Source: an uncultured Gammaproteobacteria bacterium (GTDB lineage: Bacteria; Patescibacteriota; Microgenomatia; Daviesbacterales; UBA10151). From it: a stretch of 64,000 bases of DNA. The notes under the pieces were generated by a model. That model saw only the letters and a list, made by a program, of their open reading frames with translations, searched no databases and was not told the DNA's origin. Position 1 is the first letter of the stretch, and each line of letters begins with the position of its first letter. Below are positions 36,355-47,400 of this stretch, piece by piece. The stretch covers positions 55,524 through 119,523 of the forward strand of contig CAZVEX010000003.1 in the NCBI GenBank assembly GCA_964625535.1, given 5' to 3'. Made by a program: the position numbers and the translations under genes.

Positions 36355-38109
36355 TTACATCCTTTCCGGAGCTTCTATCCCTAAAAGATAAAGGCCCTGC
36401 TTTAAAACAGCAGCTACGGCGTTAGTTGCCGCCAGGCGAAATTTTTCTTTTTCTCCGGCTTTAAGAATACGATGCTTTTGATAAAACAAATTAAAAGCCT
36501 TGGCTAAATTTAATAAATATTCTGCCAGCGCATTAGGAGCAAAATTTTTGGCAGCTTCTTTTACAAAACTTTCAAAATATTCAATATTCTGCAAAAGCGC
36601 TCTTTCTTCAGGCTCCAAATCTGCCGGTGCCATAATTACTTTGTTATCAAAATTGGTAGCTTCCAGTACTGATCTGGCTCTGGCATAAGTATATTGGACA
36701 TAAGGCCCGCTGTCACCTTGCAAAGACACTGATTTTTCCAAATCAAAAATAACATCCATATGAGGAGACGACTTTAAAAGAGCAAACTTAATCGCACCAA
36801 TACTTACTATATCAACAATTTGTTGTTTCTCCTCTTTTTTAATATCCTTTGAAGTAGGACTTTTTTCCATCAAACCTACCACTTTTCTCCTGACTTGCTC
36901 AAACAGCCATTCAAAAGTTAAAACACTGCCCTTTCGGGAAGATAACTTACCTGAAGGAACCCTCACCATACCATGGCCGATATGTTTGGTGCTGGCAGCC
37001 AATTTTGGGTAAATTTGAGCCAAAGCAGTCATCAAAACCTTAAAATACTCGTTAATTTCGTTGCCGGTTACCACTATTGATTGATCGTAATCAAAATCCT
37101 GATGTTTTTTGACTGCCAAACCCAGCTCTTTAGCTTCATAAGTGGGCAGTCCCAAAGAGTTGATAAATACTCTTCTGTGCAATCCGTATTTTTCACCCGG
37201 GAATATGATCGCACCCTCACTTTGTTCAAATACCCCGTCATCCAGATGCTCTTTGACTATCTTCAAGCCATATTCCCCCATAATACTCTCGGGATAATAA
37301 TAGTCGAATTTAGTACCCAGACGTTTATAAATTGTTTCAAAATAATCCAGGCTCCACGATCTACCTTTTTCAAACAACTCTTCTGTTTCCTCAAGCTGCA
37401 AGCTTGCTGCCTTAATATGAACATAGATTAGAGAATTTATTTTTTTAATCTCTTCCGCAGCCTCCTTATCTTCTTCATAAGCCTTTGCTCCCAAAGCATA
37501 CGCTTCCCCTAAAAATCTAACTCTGTCTTTCGCAGATCTTTTTTCCAAATTTTTCATTTTTAATTTTTCATTTTTAATTTTCTGCTGCATTCCCCAGATA
37601 GATTTAGCCACATGCATGCCCACATCTCCAAAATAATCAGCTCTTTTAACCTTGGCCCCTTGTGCCTCAAGCAGCCTGCAAATGGATTCTCCGATAGTGT
37701 TTGAGAAAACATGCCCGATGTGAAACTCTTTAAAAGGGTTGGGGTCTGTAAATTCCACCAGAATTTTTTGTTTTTCTAAATTTTTAGCCTCAAACATTGG
37801 CTTTGATAGATTTTTCATCAAGGCTTCATTTTTAAGGAAAAAATTAATAAAACCATTAACTATTTTTATATCTTCTATATTTTTTTTACTGTCCCCTGTA
37901 GCCTGTAACCTGTTAGCTATTTCTTTAGCAATCTCATCCGGCGACTGCTTGTCATTAGCTGATGACTGTTTAGTCAGTTGCAACGGAATATTCGTACTAT
38001 AGTCTCCAAAGGCCGAATTTTTGGGGATAGATAAAACTATATCAGTAGATTTATATCCTAAATCCTCTACTGCTTTTTGCAAATCTTCCAAAATCTTCTG
38101 CTTGACCAT
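36355..38109 (-). CDS. argS: Arginine--tRNA ligase
   Basis: FGDYSTN, NPFKEFHIGH, KLSSRKG, GDSGPYVQY and LLGIEAPERM. Confidence 0.97.
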   Translation of the reverse strand: MVKQKILEDLQKAVEDLGYKSTDIVLSIPKNSAFGDYSTNIPLQLTKQSSANDKQSPDEIAKEIANRLQATGDSKKNIEDIKIVNGFINFFLKNEALMKNLSKPMFEAKNLEKQKILVEFTDPNPFKEFHIGHVFSNTIGESICRLLEAQGAKVKRADYFGDVGMHVAKSIWGMQQKIKNEKLKMKNLEKRSAKDRVRFLGEAYALGAKAYEEDKEAAEEIKKINSLIYVHIKAASLQLEETEELFEKGRSWSLDYFETIYKRLGTKFDYYYPESIMGEYGLKIVKEHLDDGVFEQSEGAIIFPGEKYGLHRRVFINSLGLPTYEAKELGLAVKKHQDFDYDQSIVVTGNEINEYFKVLMTALAQIYPKLAASTKHIGHGMVRVPSGKLSSRKGSVLTFEWLFEQVRRKVVGLMEKSPTSKDIKKEEKQQIVDIVSIGAIKFALLKSSPHMDVIFDLEKSVSLQGDSGPYVQYTYARARSVLEATNFDNKVIMAPADLEPEERALLQNIEYFESFVKEAAKNFAPNALAEYLLNLAKAFNLFYQKHRILKAGEKEKFRLAATNAVAAVLKQGLYLLGIEAPERM

Positions 38110-38121
38110 AATCTAATAATA

Positions 38122-39012
38122 TCATATCAACCATAACAATAGTGCCTTTTGGATATGAAGTCTGTTTTCCGCTTCCTGGAAAACAACTGATTGAGGCCCA
38201 TCAATCACATCAGCTGTCACCTCTTCTCCCCTGTGAGCCGGCAGACAATGCATAAAAATGGCCTCTTTTTTAGCCAGACTCATGAGTTTTTTATTAACCT
38301 GATAAGGCTTAAATATCTCCATTCGTTTTTCTCTATCAGTATCTCCCATGCTTACCCAAGTATCCGTAACAACAACATCCGCATCTGCTACTGCTTCCTT
38401 TGGATCCACAGTTTCCAAAACTGATCCATATTTTTGGGCTTTTGAAACAATCGCAGGGCTCATCCAATAGCCTTTTGGGGATCCGCAAGCAAACAATGCA
38501 CCAAGCATGACTGCTCCCAAACAAAGCGAGTGGGTAACATTATTTTCCCCGTCTCCAACAAAGGCAATCTTAAACCCTTGAATCTTTGCTTTTATTTCCC
38601 AAATGGTAAATAAATCAGCCAAGGCCTGGCAGGGATGTTCCAAATCCGACAGGCCGTTAATAACAGGAACGCTTGCATATTCTGCCAATTTTTCCACAGT
38701 TTTGTGCTTAAATACCCTGGCCATAATCATATCTGCCATGCTTGATGTAACTCTGGCCACATCTCCCACTGATTCTCTTTTTTCCAGTCCAATATCAGAA
38801 GGCCCGAGATAGACTGCGTGGCCGCCAAGCTGGGTCATGGCTATTTCAAAAGAAAGCCTGGTTCTTAAGCTTGGCTTTTCAAAAATCATGGCCAGCGATT
38901 TGCCTTTTAGGACAGATTTGCTTTGCTTTTTTGCCAAGGCAAACACCTGCCAAATTTCTTTGGCTGAAAGATCGGCAATGGAAAGAAAATCACGCTTCTT
39001 AATCAAACCCAC
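38122..39012 (-). CDS. argF: Ornithine carbamoyltransferase
   Basis: FEKPSLRT, HPCQ, DTWVSMG, HCLP and AENRLH. Confidence 0.96.
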   Translation of the reverse strand: MGLIKKRDFLSIADLSAKEIWQVFALAKKQSKSVLKGKSLAMIFEKPSLRTRLSFEIAMTQLGGHAVYLGPSDIGLEKRESVGDVARVTSSMADMIMARVFKHKTVEKLAEYASVPVINGLSDLEHPCQALADLFTIWEIKAKIQGFKIAFVGDGENNVTHSLCLGAVMLGALFACGSPKGYWMSPAIVSKAQKYGSVLETVDPKEAVADADVVVTDTWVSMGDTDREKRMEIFKPYQVNKKLMSLAKKEAIFMHCLPAHRGEEVTADVIDGPQSVVFQEAENRLHIQKALLLWLI

Positions 39013-40303
39013 CTTGAATAATCCCTCCCTTTTTTATCTTTTCTTTTTTAATACCGTCTCTTTTGCTTTGATTGGCTAATTTCATCTGTAAGGAATAAAG
39101 CTCAATGAAGCCAGCCGAAGCATTAACATTTAGATTATACCCTTCTTTGTTGGTAAAGGAAACATGGTCAAGGCCAAATGGTGATTTTAATGCCACCACT
39201 GTGGTGTTCCCTTTGAAAAGTTCAATTATTACTTCTCCTGTTGCCTTTTCGTTAACTTTATCATTAAAGGCATTTATAGCTCCCATAACCGGATCAAACC
39301 ATAAAGCACCATAACAAAAATATCCCCATTTTATATCCATCATTTCCTTGAGTTCATTGAGAGTTCTGGTTGAAACATACTCTTCAACTTTTCTGTGCGC
39401 TTCAATAATGACATGCGCACCAGGATGTTCATAAACTCCTCTATCTTTAAGTCCGATAATCCTATCTTCCAACAGATACACAGTGCCAACACCATGCTTT
39501 CCGGCAATTTTATTAAGCTTCATGATAAGTTTTGCCAAAGATAGCTTTTCTCCATTAAGCTTGACCGGAATTCCCTTTTCAAAGGTCAAACTCACAAGTT
39601 CTGCAGCATCCAGCGCATTTTTGGGCAATGTGTATGTAGTGAGAAACTTATCCGCTTGCGGAATTTCACTGGGAATTTCTATTTCTCCACCTTGCCAGGT
39701 AATACCCCACATATTGTCATCGTCGCTATAGGGAAAATCAACATCGGCAGGTACTAGAATACCATGTTTTTTAGCATAGGCGATTTCTTCATTTCTATCC
39801 ATTCCCCATTCCCTAACAGGAGCTATAATTTTCATCTTAGGATCGTGTGTTAAGATATATCCCTCAATCCTAACCTGATCATTTCCTTTGCCTGTTGCTC
39901 CATGAGCAATTGCATCAGCGCCCTCTTTTTGAGCAATCTCAACTGCCTTTTTCCCCAAAATCGCCCGGCCCATCGGCGTTGACAGATGATATTCACCCTG
40001 ATACGAGGCATTTGCCTTTATTCCCTTGGCCAGATATTCATCTGCAAACTCTTCTTTAACATCAAGGGTAATGGCTTTGACTGCGCCGAGTTTGAGCGCC
40101 TTTTTCTTAATCGCTTCCAAATCGTCGTGCTGCTGCCCCAAATCCAAAGTCAAGGCAACTACTTTCGCCTTGTATTGATCTTGAATCCACTTCAACATCA
40201 CCGATGTATCAAGTCCTCCCGAATAAAGCAGCAAAACTTTTTTTACCTCTCCAATTTTGGCCTCGTATGAGCTAACTTTTGTATAACTTGTCTTTACTTT
40301 CAT
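38999..40303 (-). CDS. argG: Argininosuccinate synthase
   Basis: YSGGLDTS, HGATGKGNDQVR and RGVYEHPG. Confidence 0.97.
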   Translation of the reverse strand: MKVKTSYTKVSSYEAKIGEVKKVLLLYSGGLDTSVMLKWIQDQYKAKVVALTLDLGQQHDDLEAIKKKALKLGAVKAITLDVKEEFADEYLAKGIKANASYQGEYHLSTPMGRAILGKKAVEIAQKEGADAIAHGATGKGNDQVRIEGYILTHDPKMKIIAPVREWGMDRNEEIAYAKKHGILVPADVDFPYSDDDNMWGITWQGGEIEIPSEIPQADKFLTTYTLPKNALDAAELVSLTFEKGIPVKLNGEKLSLAKLIMKLNKIAGKHGVGTVYLLEDRIIGLKDRGVYEHPGAHVIIEAHRKVEEYVSTRTLNELKEMMDIKWGYFCYGALWFDPVMGAINAFNDKVNEKATGEVIIELFKGNTTVVALKSPFGLDHVSFTNKEGYNLNVNASAGFIELYSLQMKLANQSKRDGIKKEKIKKGGIIQGGFD

Positions 40304-41478
40304 ATATTTTTCACCTCCTGATATGCTTTTCTAAATGGCATGCCTTTTTGTACCAGTTCATATGCTTTTTGGGCTGCAAAAATCTCTTTAGTTAAAGCTC
40401 CCTCCAAAGTTTGCTTATTCGGAGTTAGATTATTGAGTAAAATACCTGCTGTCTTAATACTGTCCAAAGTAATCTCCAGACTTTCCAAGAGTGGTTTTTT
40501 AATATCCTGCAAATCTCTGTTATAACCTGAAATTAAGTTGCTTGAAATAGACACTATTTGAGTGTAATAACCTAAAACAAGATGCACTTTGCTTCGCAGT
40601 AGTTCGGCCACATCCAGATTTTTCTTTTGCGGCATCATGCTGCTACCCGTAGTTACCGCATCTGAAACTTGAAAGAAATTAAATTCGGATGTGGTAAATA
40701 ACATTAGATCCGATGCGAATTTATTAATGGATAGAAGAATCTGTGTAAGCGTAGCCAAAATTACGGCTTCAATTTTGCCTTTGGAATTTTGACAGTATAA
40801 AAAGTTATTTTGCACTTTTGCAAAACCCAAAAGCTTGGCCATATATTCCCTGTCCAATTTAAGCGGAGTACCGTATCCTGCGGCTGAACCCAAAGGCGAT
40901 TGATCATTTAATTCCAAGGCTGCATTAAGAAGAGTGGCATCATCCTTGAGTGAATCCATAAAACTGCCTGCCCAAATCTCTATTGAAGAAGGCATAGCCT
41001 TTTGCATATGGGTATACCCGGGCATCTTGATATGGCCATATTTTTTGGAAAAAATTTCAAAGCTTTTTATTAAACCGGTTAGTTCTTGCTTGATCTTCTT
41101 CATCATTTCCTTGCTGTAAAGCCTAATCGCGGTTAAAACCTGATCATTTCTAGATCTGCCGGTATGAATCTTTTGACCAACTTCACCATATTTTTGGGTT
41201 AAAAAGTTCTCAATTTTGGTATGCATATCCTCATCGCCAATTTTCAACAGAAATTTACCCTGTTTATCAAGAAAAAGAATTTCCAAAAGTCCCTTCTCTA
41301 ACTTTGCAAGCTCGCTTTTTGAAAGAATGTTGATTTTATAAAGCATTTTGGCATGGGCCGCTGAAGCCAAGCAATCATATTTAACCAGCTTTTGATCCAT
41401 TAAAAGATCATCCTTGGTCTCAAAGGCTTCAATAACAGGATCTAGTTTATATTCATTTTTCTGCCAAAGTTTTTTCAT
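40300..41478 (-). CDS. argH: Argininosuccinate lyase (short form)
   Basis: HTGRSRNDQ, PGYTHMQ and GSSMMPQKKN. Confidence 0.96.
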   Translation of the reverse strand: MKKLWQKNEYKLDPVIEAFETKDDLLMDQKLVKYDCLASAAHAKMLYKINILSKSELAKLEKGLLEILFLDKQGKFLLKIGDEDMHTKIENFLTQKYGEVGQKIHTGRSRNDQVLTAIRLYSKEMMKKIKQELTGLIKSFEIFSKKYGHIKMPGYTHMQKAMPSSIEIWAGSFMDSLKDDATLLNAALELNDQSPLGSAAGYGTPLKLDREYMAKLLGFAKVQNNFLYCQNSKGKIEAVILATLTQILLSINKFASDLMLFTTSEFNFFQVSDAVTTGSSMMPQKKNLDVAELLRSKVHLVLGYYTQIVSISSNLISGYNRDLQDIKKPLLESLEITLDSIKTAGILLNNLTPNKQTLEGALTKEIFAAQKAYELVQKGMPFRKAYQEVKNI

Positions 41479-41490
41479 ACTTTCTCCAAT

Positions 41491-41685
41491 AAAAAATCCC
41501 GTCTCTGCATCCTAAAAACTTAGGACACAAGGACGGGATCTCCGTGGTGCCACCCTGGTTTCCTGACTGGTTACCCAATCAAGACACTTATTGCCGACTG
41601 ACATCGGCTGCCAACTTTTACGGTTCAGCCTCCGTAGAGCATTTTGGCTCTCAGCTCCTGGATCGCGACTCCAGTACAAACGCTT
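41491..41685 (-). promoter_or_regulatory. T-box riboswitch (Arg) with intrinsic terminator
   Basis: On the minus strand: T-box AGGGTGGCACCACGG (41556-41542), terminator ATCCCGTC...GACGGGAT plus T-run, and a 5' hairpin CTGGA-GTCGCGA-TCCAG carrying the Arg codon CGC. Extended -10 TGATATAAT lies upstream. Confidence 0.85.
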
Positions 41686-41708
41686 AATATATTATTATAT
41701 CATACTTG

Positions 41709-42677
41709 TCAATACCTTGTGCGCAGGGCCAGTAACGCTCCTGCCAGGACAAAATAATACCCCACCCAGACAATCCACAAAAACTCCCCCACATATTCCC
41801 AGGCAAAAGGCAAAGAGCTAAAAAACTGGACTATATAAATAAAATAGGTCAGCATGATATTTAAAACAAAGCTCAAAAGTTGGCCAAGCAAAGAAACTGC
41901 GCTTCCTAAAAGCAGAAACAAAAATCCCACTCCCATAATATAAGGAACTATCCAAAGCACCAGGACATTGGCAAACAGCGATACAAAAGAAAATTGATGA
42001 AAATTGGAGGCGATAACAGGGGTAACCATCAGTTGGGCCCCCAAAGTGACTGCCAGATTCTCTTTAACAATATTGGGTAAAAAATGCATTGATTTTTCCA
42101 AGATGGGAGCCACCACAATTACCCCAAACGAAGCTAAAAAACTCAACTGAAAAGACAAATCGCTGATCCAGCGAGGATTGACTAAAAGAAAAAAGCCCGC
42201 CACTAAAATTAAAACCCACAGGCCATCATTCTGACGGCCAAAAGTTTGGGCTAATGAGGCCAATCCAAACATCAAAGCAGCCCGCAAAATGGGAATTTGA
42301 GCTCCAGTCAATAAAGTGTAAGCTACAATAGCAAAAAGTGTTAGAAAAATGGCTGTTTTTCTTTTGATTAAACCCGAAAGATGCATAATAAAACCGGCCA
42401 AAATGGTCAGGTTCTGGCCCGAAGCCACTACAATATGTAAAGTTGAAGTATCCCGCAAAGCCAGACGCAAATCATAAGGCAAATCCAGCTTTACCCCCAA
42501 AACTATGCCCGAGAGAAGCTGCGCTTGAGGAGAAGGCAAAAACTCTTTCGATTTTTGGGTTAAAAAAATTCTCTGATCTTTGAAAATTTCTGTTTGAACT
42601 TCCCAAGTTGGCTGCTGCCACCTGACAAAATATAACAAAACATATAAAACTATTGCCAATATAAGTGGTAATTTCAC
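41709..42677 (-). CDS. comEC: ComEC/Rec2 competence protein (Competence membrane domain only)
   Basis: HIVVASGQN, ILRAALM and LSFQLSFLA. Lies downstream of comEA. Confidence 0.9.
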   Translation of the reverse strand: MKLPLILAIVLYVLLYFVRWQQPTWEVQTEIFKDQRIFLTQKSKEFLPSPQAQLLSGIVLGVKLDLPYDLRLALRDTSTLHIVVASGQNLTILAGFIMHLSGLIKRKTAIFLTLFAIVAYTLLTGAQIPILRAALMFGLASLAQTFGRQNDGLWVLILVAGFFLLVNPRWISDLSFQLSFLASFGVIVVAPILEKSMHFLPNIVKENLAVTLGAQLMVTPVIASNFHQFSFVSLFANVLVLWIVPYIMGVGFLFLLLGSAVSLLGQLLSFVLNIMLTYFIYIVQFFSSLPFAWEYVGEFLWIVWVGYYFVLAGALLALRTRY

Positions 42678-43282
42678 AAAATAACTATTGAATCCTTGAT
42701 TTTTTCAAAAACACTTTTGGAGACGATTTTTAAAGTCAGTAAATCCTCTATTTTTGAATAGGGCCGGCCGGAGATAATTTTGGAGGCTGTGACAGGACCA
42801 ATACCAGGTAAAGCTTCCAGTTCGGCTTGAGTGGCAGTATTAACGTTGACTTTTGCCTGGACACCTGCCACAGTTCCCCCACCTACCCCTCCGGAATATT
42901 GTTCTCCTGCAAACGGCACATAAATTTTCATGCTGTCAGAGAGCTTCAAAGCCATATTTAAATACTTGGCAATGTATTCTCCGCTGGCATTTTCGGACAG
43001 CCCTCCGGCCGCTAAAATGGCATCCTCCACCCTTTGCCCCTCATCCAGCTGATAGACTCCAGGATTAACCACTGCCCCTGAAACATCAACACTAATCTTT
43101 TTTAAACCCGAAACAATACTTTCTTTAGGGTATTCTACTTTGGGCTTGGTTAATCCTGAAACAAAAACTCCGCCAATAATCAGCACTAATCCAACTAAAG
43201 ATAGCCCCAGCGGGATTTTAAATTTATCAAGCTTTTTCTGCCAGCTTAATTCTTCATTCATAATGCTTAATTCTTCATTCAT
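42674..43282 (-). CDS. comEA: ComEA DNA receptor (TM-SLBB-HhH)
   Basis: VDVSGAVVNPGVY and VNVNTATQAELEALPGIGP. Confidence 0.93.
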   Translation of the reverse strand: MNEELSIMNEELSWQKKLDKFKIPLGLSLVGLVLIIGGVFVSGLTKPKVEYPKESIVSGLKKISVDVSGAVVNPGVYQLDEGQRVEDAILAAGGLSENASGEYIAKYLNMALKLSDSMKIYVPFAGEQYSGGVGGGTVAGVQAKVNVNTATQAELEALPGIGPVTASKIISGRPYSKIEDLLTLKIVSKSVFEKIKDSIVIL

Positions 43283-43296
43283 AATGCTTAATTCTT
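43244..43296. repeat. Exact 21-bp tandem repeat (2.5 copies) across the junction of the SprT-like gene and comEA
   Basis: GCTTAATTCTTCATTCATAAT x2 plus GCTTAATTCTT, giving MNEELSIMNEELS. Confidence 0.9.
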
Positions 43297-43691
43297 AACT
43301 CATTCCGGTACTGCCTGATCCAGTCGCGGTATGCTTTTGCCAAATGCTCCATGCCTCGCCGTATCATTTCCCTTTTGACTATCCCTCCTTCATGGGGATA
43401 ATGATGCAGTCTGCGGTGAGGCGAGGAAAAACCATGAGCATAATGGCAAAGCTCATGAGCAATGGTATGGTCAATCACGGCCGCAGGAATCTGATTGTCC
43501 TTGAACATGCCGGTGATGGTGATAAAAGTTTGGCCTGATTTTTTATCGTACTTGATAGAGCCCAGGCGAAGCCTGGCAAACCTGCCAAACTTAATAAAAA
43601 CTTTGTTGTTCTGTAATACATCAGAAAAATATTCTGACCAGACCCAGTCCAAACGGGATAGAAGCCAAATATTATCTCTTTGTGTTTTCAT
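43275..43691 (-). CDS. SprT-like zinc metalloprotease domain protein
   Basis: TIAHELCHYAHG (HExxH) plus a downstream PH motif. Confidence 0.75.
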   Translation of the reverse strand: MKTQRDNIWLLSRLDWVWSEYFSDVLQNNKVFIKFGRFARLRLGSIKYDKKSGQTFITITGMFKDNQIPAAVIDHTIAHELCHYAHGFSSPHRRLHHYPHEGGIVKREMIRRGMEHLAKAYRDWIRQYRNELRIKHYE

Positions 43692-43749
43692 TGCTGTAAC
43701 AATCTAAACTTAATACACTCTAAAATTATCACTCATGTAATATAGTCTG

Positions 43750-46158
43750 CTAGACTACAAAATTTATAATCCTACCCGGGACATACACGGTTTTTTTCAC
43801 GGTTTTACCGTCGAGAAATTTCTTAATTCTGTCTGACTCAAGAGTCATTTTTTCTACTACTTCTCTATCTCCTTCTATATCTCTTGAGATCGTCCGGGTA
43901 TCCCGAACCTTACCGTTTATCTGAACAACTATAGTAACTTCCTGCTCTTGCAGGTATTTATTATCACTCTTTGGCCAAGACTGCTGATGAATGGAGTATT
44001 TTTCGCCGATTACGGACCATAATTCCTCGGTTATGTGCGGAGCAAAAGAAGCCAGCAGCAACAGAAATGTCTTGTATTCCCCCTTTGTCAGGTTTTCCTT
44101 TTTACTTAAATAATTTAACCATTCCATTAAAGCAGCTACGGCGGTATTAAGCTTAATGTGTTTTATATCCTCTGTCACTTTTTTGATAGTCTTATGCATT
44201 ATTCTTAGATCTTCGTCTGTAATCTGTACCCTGTTACCTGTCACCTTTTCCTGTAATCCCCAAACCCTTTGTAAAAATCGATATGCTCCTTGTATCCTTT
44301 CCGAAACCCATGGTCCTGTACCCTGATATGGCATGAAGAAAGCCACATGAATTCTCACCGCATCTGCCCCGTATTTTTTTACCTCTTTGTCCGGATTGAC
44401 TACATTACCCCTTGATTTACTCATTTTCTCCCCATCCGGCCCCAGGACTATTCCATGATTGATCCTACGCATAGCGTACTCTTCAAAATTAAGCAACCCA
44501 ATATCAAATAAAAACTTGGTGAAAAAGCGCGAATATAAGGTGTGGCCAAGTGTATGCTCTGCACCGCCAAAATAAATATCAACAGGCATCCACTTTTTTG
44601 CTACTTGTGGATCAAAAATTTTATCTTTATTTTGAGGATCCAAATAGCGCAAGAAATACCAGGAATTGTCAAAAAACCCGTCCAAAGTTTCTGAATCCCT
44701 TTTGGCTTTACCTCCGCATTTCGGACATTTGGTATTAATCCAATCCTCTGCAGTTTCCAGAGGGGCCTTACCTTTGGGGGTAAAATCCACCTCATATGGC
44801 AGTTCTATTGGTAAATCCCCCTCCGGCACAGGTACCAGACCACATTTTGGGCAATGAATAATCGGCACCGGCGTCCCCCAATACCTCTGCCTGGACACAG
44901 ACCAGTCCCGCAGATGATAAACAACCTCTGCTTTACCATCCTGGTTTTTCTCCAACTGCGCTGTTATTTGTTGTCTTGCTTCAGCGGAACTCAAGCCGGA
45001 AAACTTGCCTGAATCAAAAAGTATTCCATCCCCTGTAAAAACCTCCTCTAGAGCTTTGATCCGCTCATCTCGTTTCTTATCACCTGTCATTAAAGTGGGT
45101 TTTAAGGGGATCTGGTATTTTTGGGCAAAGGCAACATCCCGCTCATCATGAGCATCACCAAAAAGAGCACCAGTCCCGTATTCCATTAGAGCATAATCTG
45201 CAATCCAAACAGGTATCTCCTCGCCGTTAGCAGGATTAATTGCCCATGCCCCGGAAAATACTCCTGTTTTATCTTTATTCTCTTTCCGTTCTACTTGTGA
45301 TTTCTTTTGTGATCTTTTGATATATTCTTCAACTTCTTTTAATTTCGTCCCGGGCGAAGCTATAAACGGATGTTCCGGTGCCAAAACCAGAAAGGTAGCT
45401 CCGAAAAGAGTATCAACTCTGGTGGTAAAAACTTCTATGACATTTGATGATTCTTTTACTTTAAACTTTATCAGTACACCTTGACTTTTACCAATCCAGT
45501 TATTCTGCCCTTCTTTAACAGCTTGAGGCCAGTCAAGTGTGGAATCTTTATCCCAAAGCAGCCTGTCGGCATATTCTGTAATTTTCAAAAACCACTGGGG
45601 AATTTCTTTTGGAGCAACTTCACTATCGCAGCGCTCGCATTTTCCCTCTACCACCTGCTCGTCTGCCAGCACTGTCTGGCAACTTAGGCACCAGTTGGCC
45701 AGTTTTTTATCCCTGAAAGCAATACTCTTTTTAAACATCTTTAAAAAAATCCATTGATTCCATTTGTAATACTCCGGCAAACAGGTAATTACCTGATGGT
45801 CAAAAGAGAAACTACCCCCCATGGAAGCAAATTGCTGCCTCATAGCTTCAATATTGGACAGAGTCCAGGTTTTGGGATGAATGCCCTTTTTGATAGCGGC
45901 ATTTTCGGCAGGCAAACCAAAAGCATCAAAGCCATTAGGAAAAAAGACATTTAATCCCTGCATCCGCTTCATCCTGGCAAAAATATCAGCCCCGCCAAAG
46001 GTAAACCAGTGGCCCATATGCAGATCCCCGGAAGGATAAGCAAATTCGGCCAGACAATAATATTTGTTTTCTTGCTCCAAACGGGAAGCATAAATTCCAT
46101 CTTCCTCCCATTTTTTCTGCCATTTTGGTTCAATCTGGTTTGGAATATACTTTTTCAT
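43750..46158 (-). CDS. leuS: Leucine--tRNA ligase
   Basis: YPSGDLHMGH, DAFGLPAENAA, SRQRYWGTP and KMSKS. Confidence 0.98.
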   Translation of the reverse strand: MKKYIPNQIEPKWQKKWEEDGIYASRLEQENKYYCLAEFAYPSGDLHMGHWFTFGGADIFARMKRMQGLNVFFPNGFDAFGLPAENAAIKKGIHPKTWTLSNIEAMRQQFASMGGSFSFDHQVITCLPEYYKWNQWIFLKMFKKSIAFRDKKLANWCLSCQTVLADEQVVEGKCERCDSEVAPKEIPQWFLKITEYADRLLWDKDSTLDWPQAVKEGQNNWIGKSQGVLIKFKVKESSNVIEVFTTRVDTLFGATFLVLAPEHPFIASPGTKLKEVEEYIKRSQKKSQVERKENKDKTGVFSGAWAINPANGEEIPVWIADYALMEYGTGALFGDAHDERDVAFAQKYQIPLKPTLMTGDKKRDERIKALEEVFTGDGILFDSGKFSGLSSAEARQQITAQLEKNQDGKAEVVYHLRDWSVSRQRYWGTPVPIIHCPKCGLVPVPEGDLPIELPYEVDFTPKGKAPLETAEDWINTKCPKCGGKAKRDSETLDGFFDNSWYFLRYLDPQNKDKIFDPQVAKKWMPVDIYFGGAEHTLGHTLYSRFFTKFLFDIGLLNFEEYAMRRINHGIVLGPDGEKMSKSRGNVVNPDKEVKKYGADAVRIHVAFFMPYQGTGPWVSERIQGAYRFLQRVWGLQEKVTGNRVQITDEDLRIMHKTIKKVTEDIKHIKLNTAVAALMEWLNYLSKKENLTKGEYKTFLLLLASFAPHITEELWSVIGEKYSIHQQSWPKSDNKYLQEQEVTIVVQINGKVRDTRTISRDIEGDREVVEKMTLESDRIKKFLDGKTVKKTVYVPGRIINFVV

Positions 46159-46443
46159 ATATACAGTTTAACAAAAGCAACAAGCACAGTAAAGGTAACA
46201 AGATAAAAAAAATTAGAAAGCTTATTACTTGTTACTAGTCACCTGTTACACGGTTTTTTTCACAAGCACAATTTATCCTCTTGTTTGTTATCTTCGATAT
46301 TCTTTGATTTATTTTGTATATTCTATACACTATACACTAGACACTAGACACTACATTTAGCTTTCTGCGGTAATTATCTTGATACTATTTGAAATATTTT
46401 GACCTCTTGACAAATTACTCAAATAATTTTATGGTAAGAAGGT

Positions 46444-46480
46444 ATCTCGGACTGAAGCAGACGGCAGTCCGAGATTTTTT
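46444..46480 (+). terminator. Intrinsic terminator-like hairpin immediately downstream of a consensus promoter
   Basis: 11-bp perfect stem ATCTCGGACTG/CAGTCCGAGAT plus T-run. TTGACA-N17-TATGGT at 46407-46435. Confidence 0.6.
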
Positions 46481-46522
46481 ATCTTCTATTTGATTTTTAC
46501 CACTTTCCTGTTGTACTTTTAA

Positions 46523-47368
<846 letters not shown>

Positions 47369-47400
47369 ACTCTTGACTTATCTTGTCGTATTATCTACTT

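Noticed and set aside
41591-41821. 76-aa plus-strand ORF as a possible leader peptide
   Set aside because: It is on the wrong strand for the arg operon and overlaps the T-box and the comEC end.
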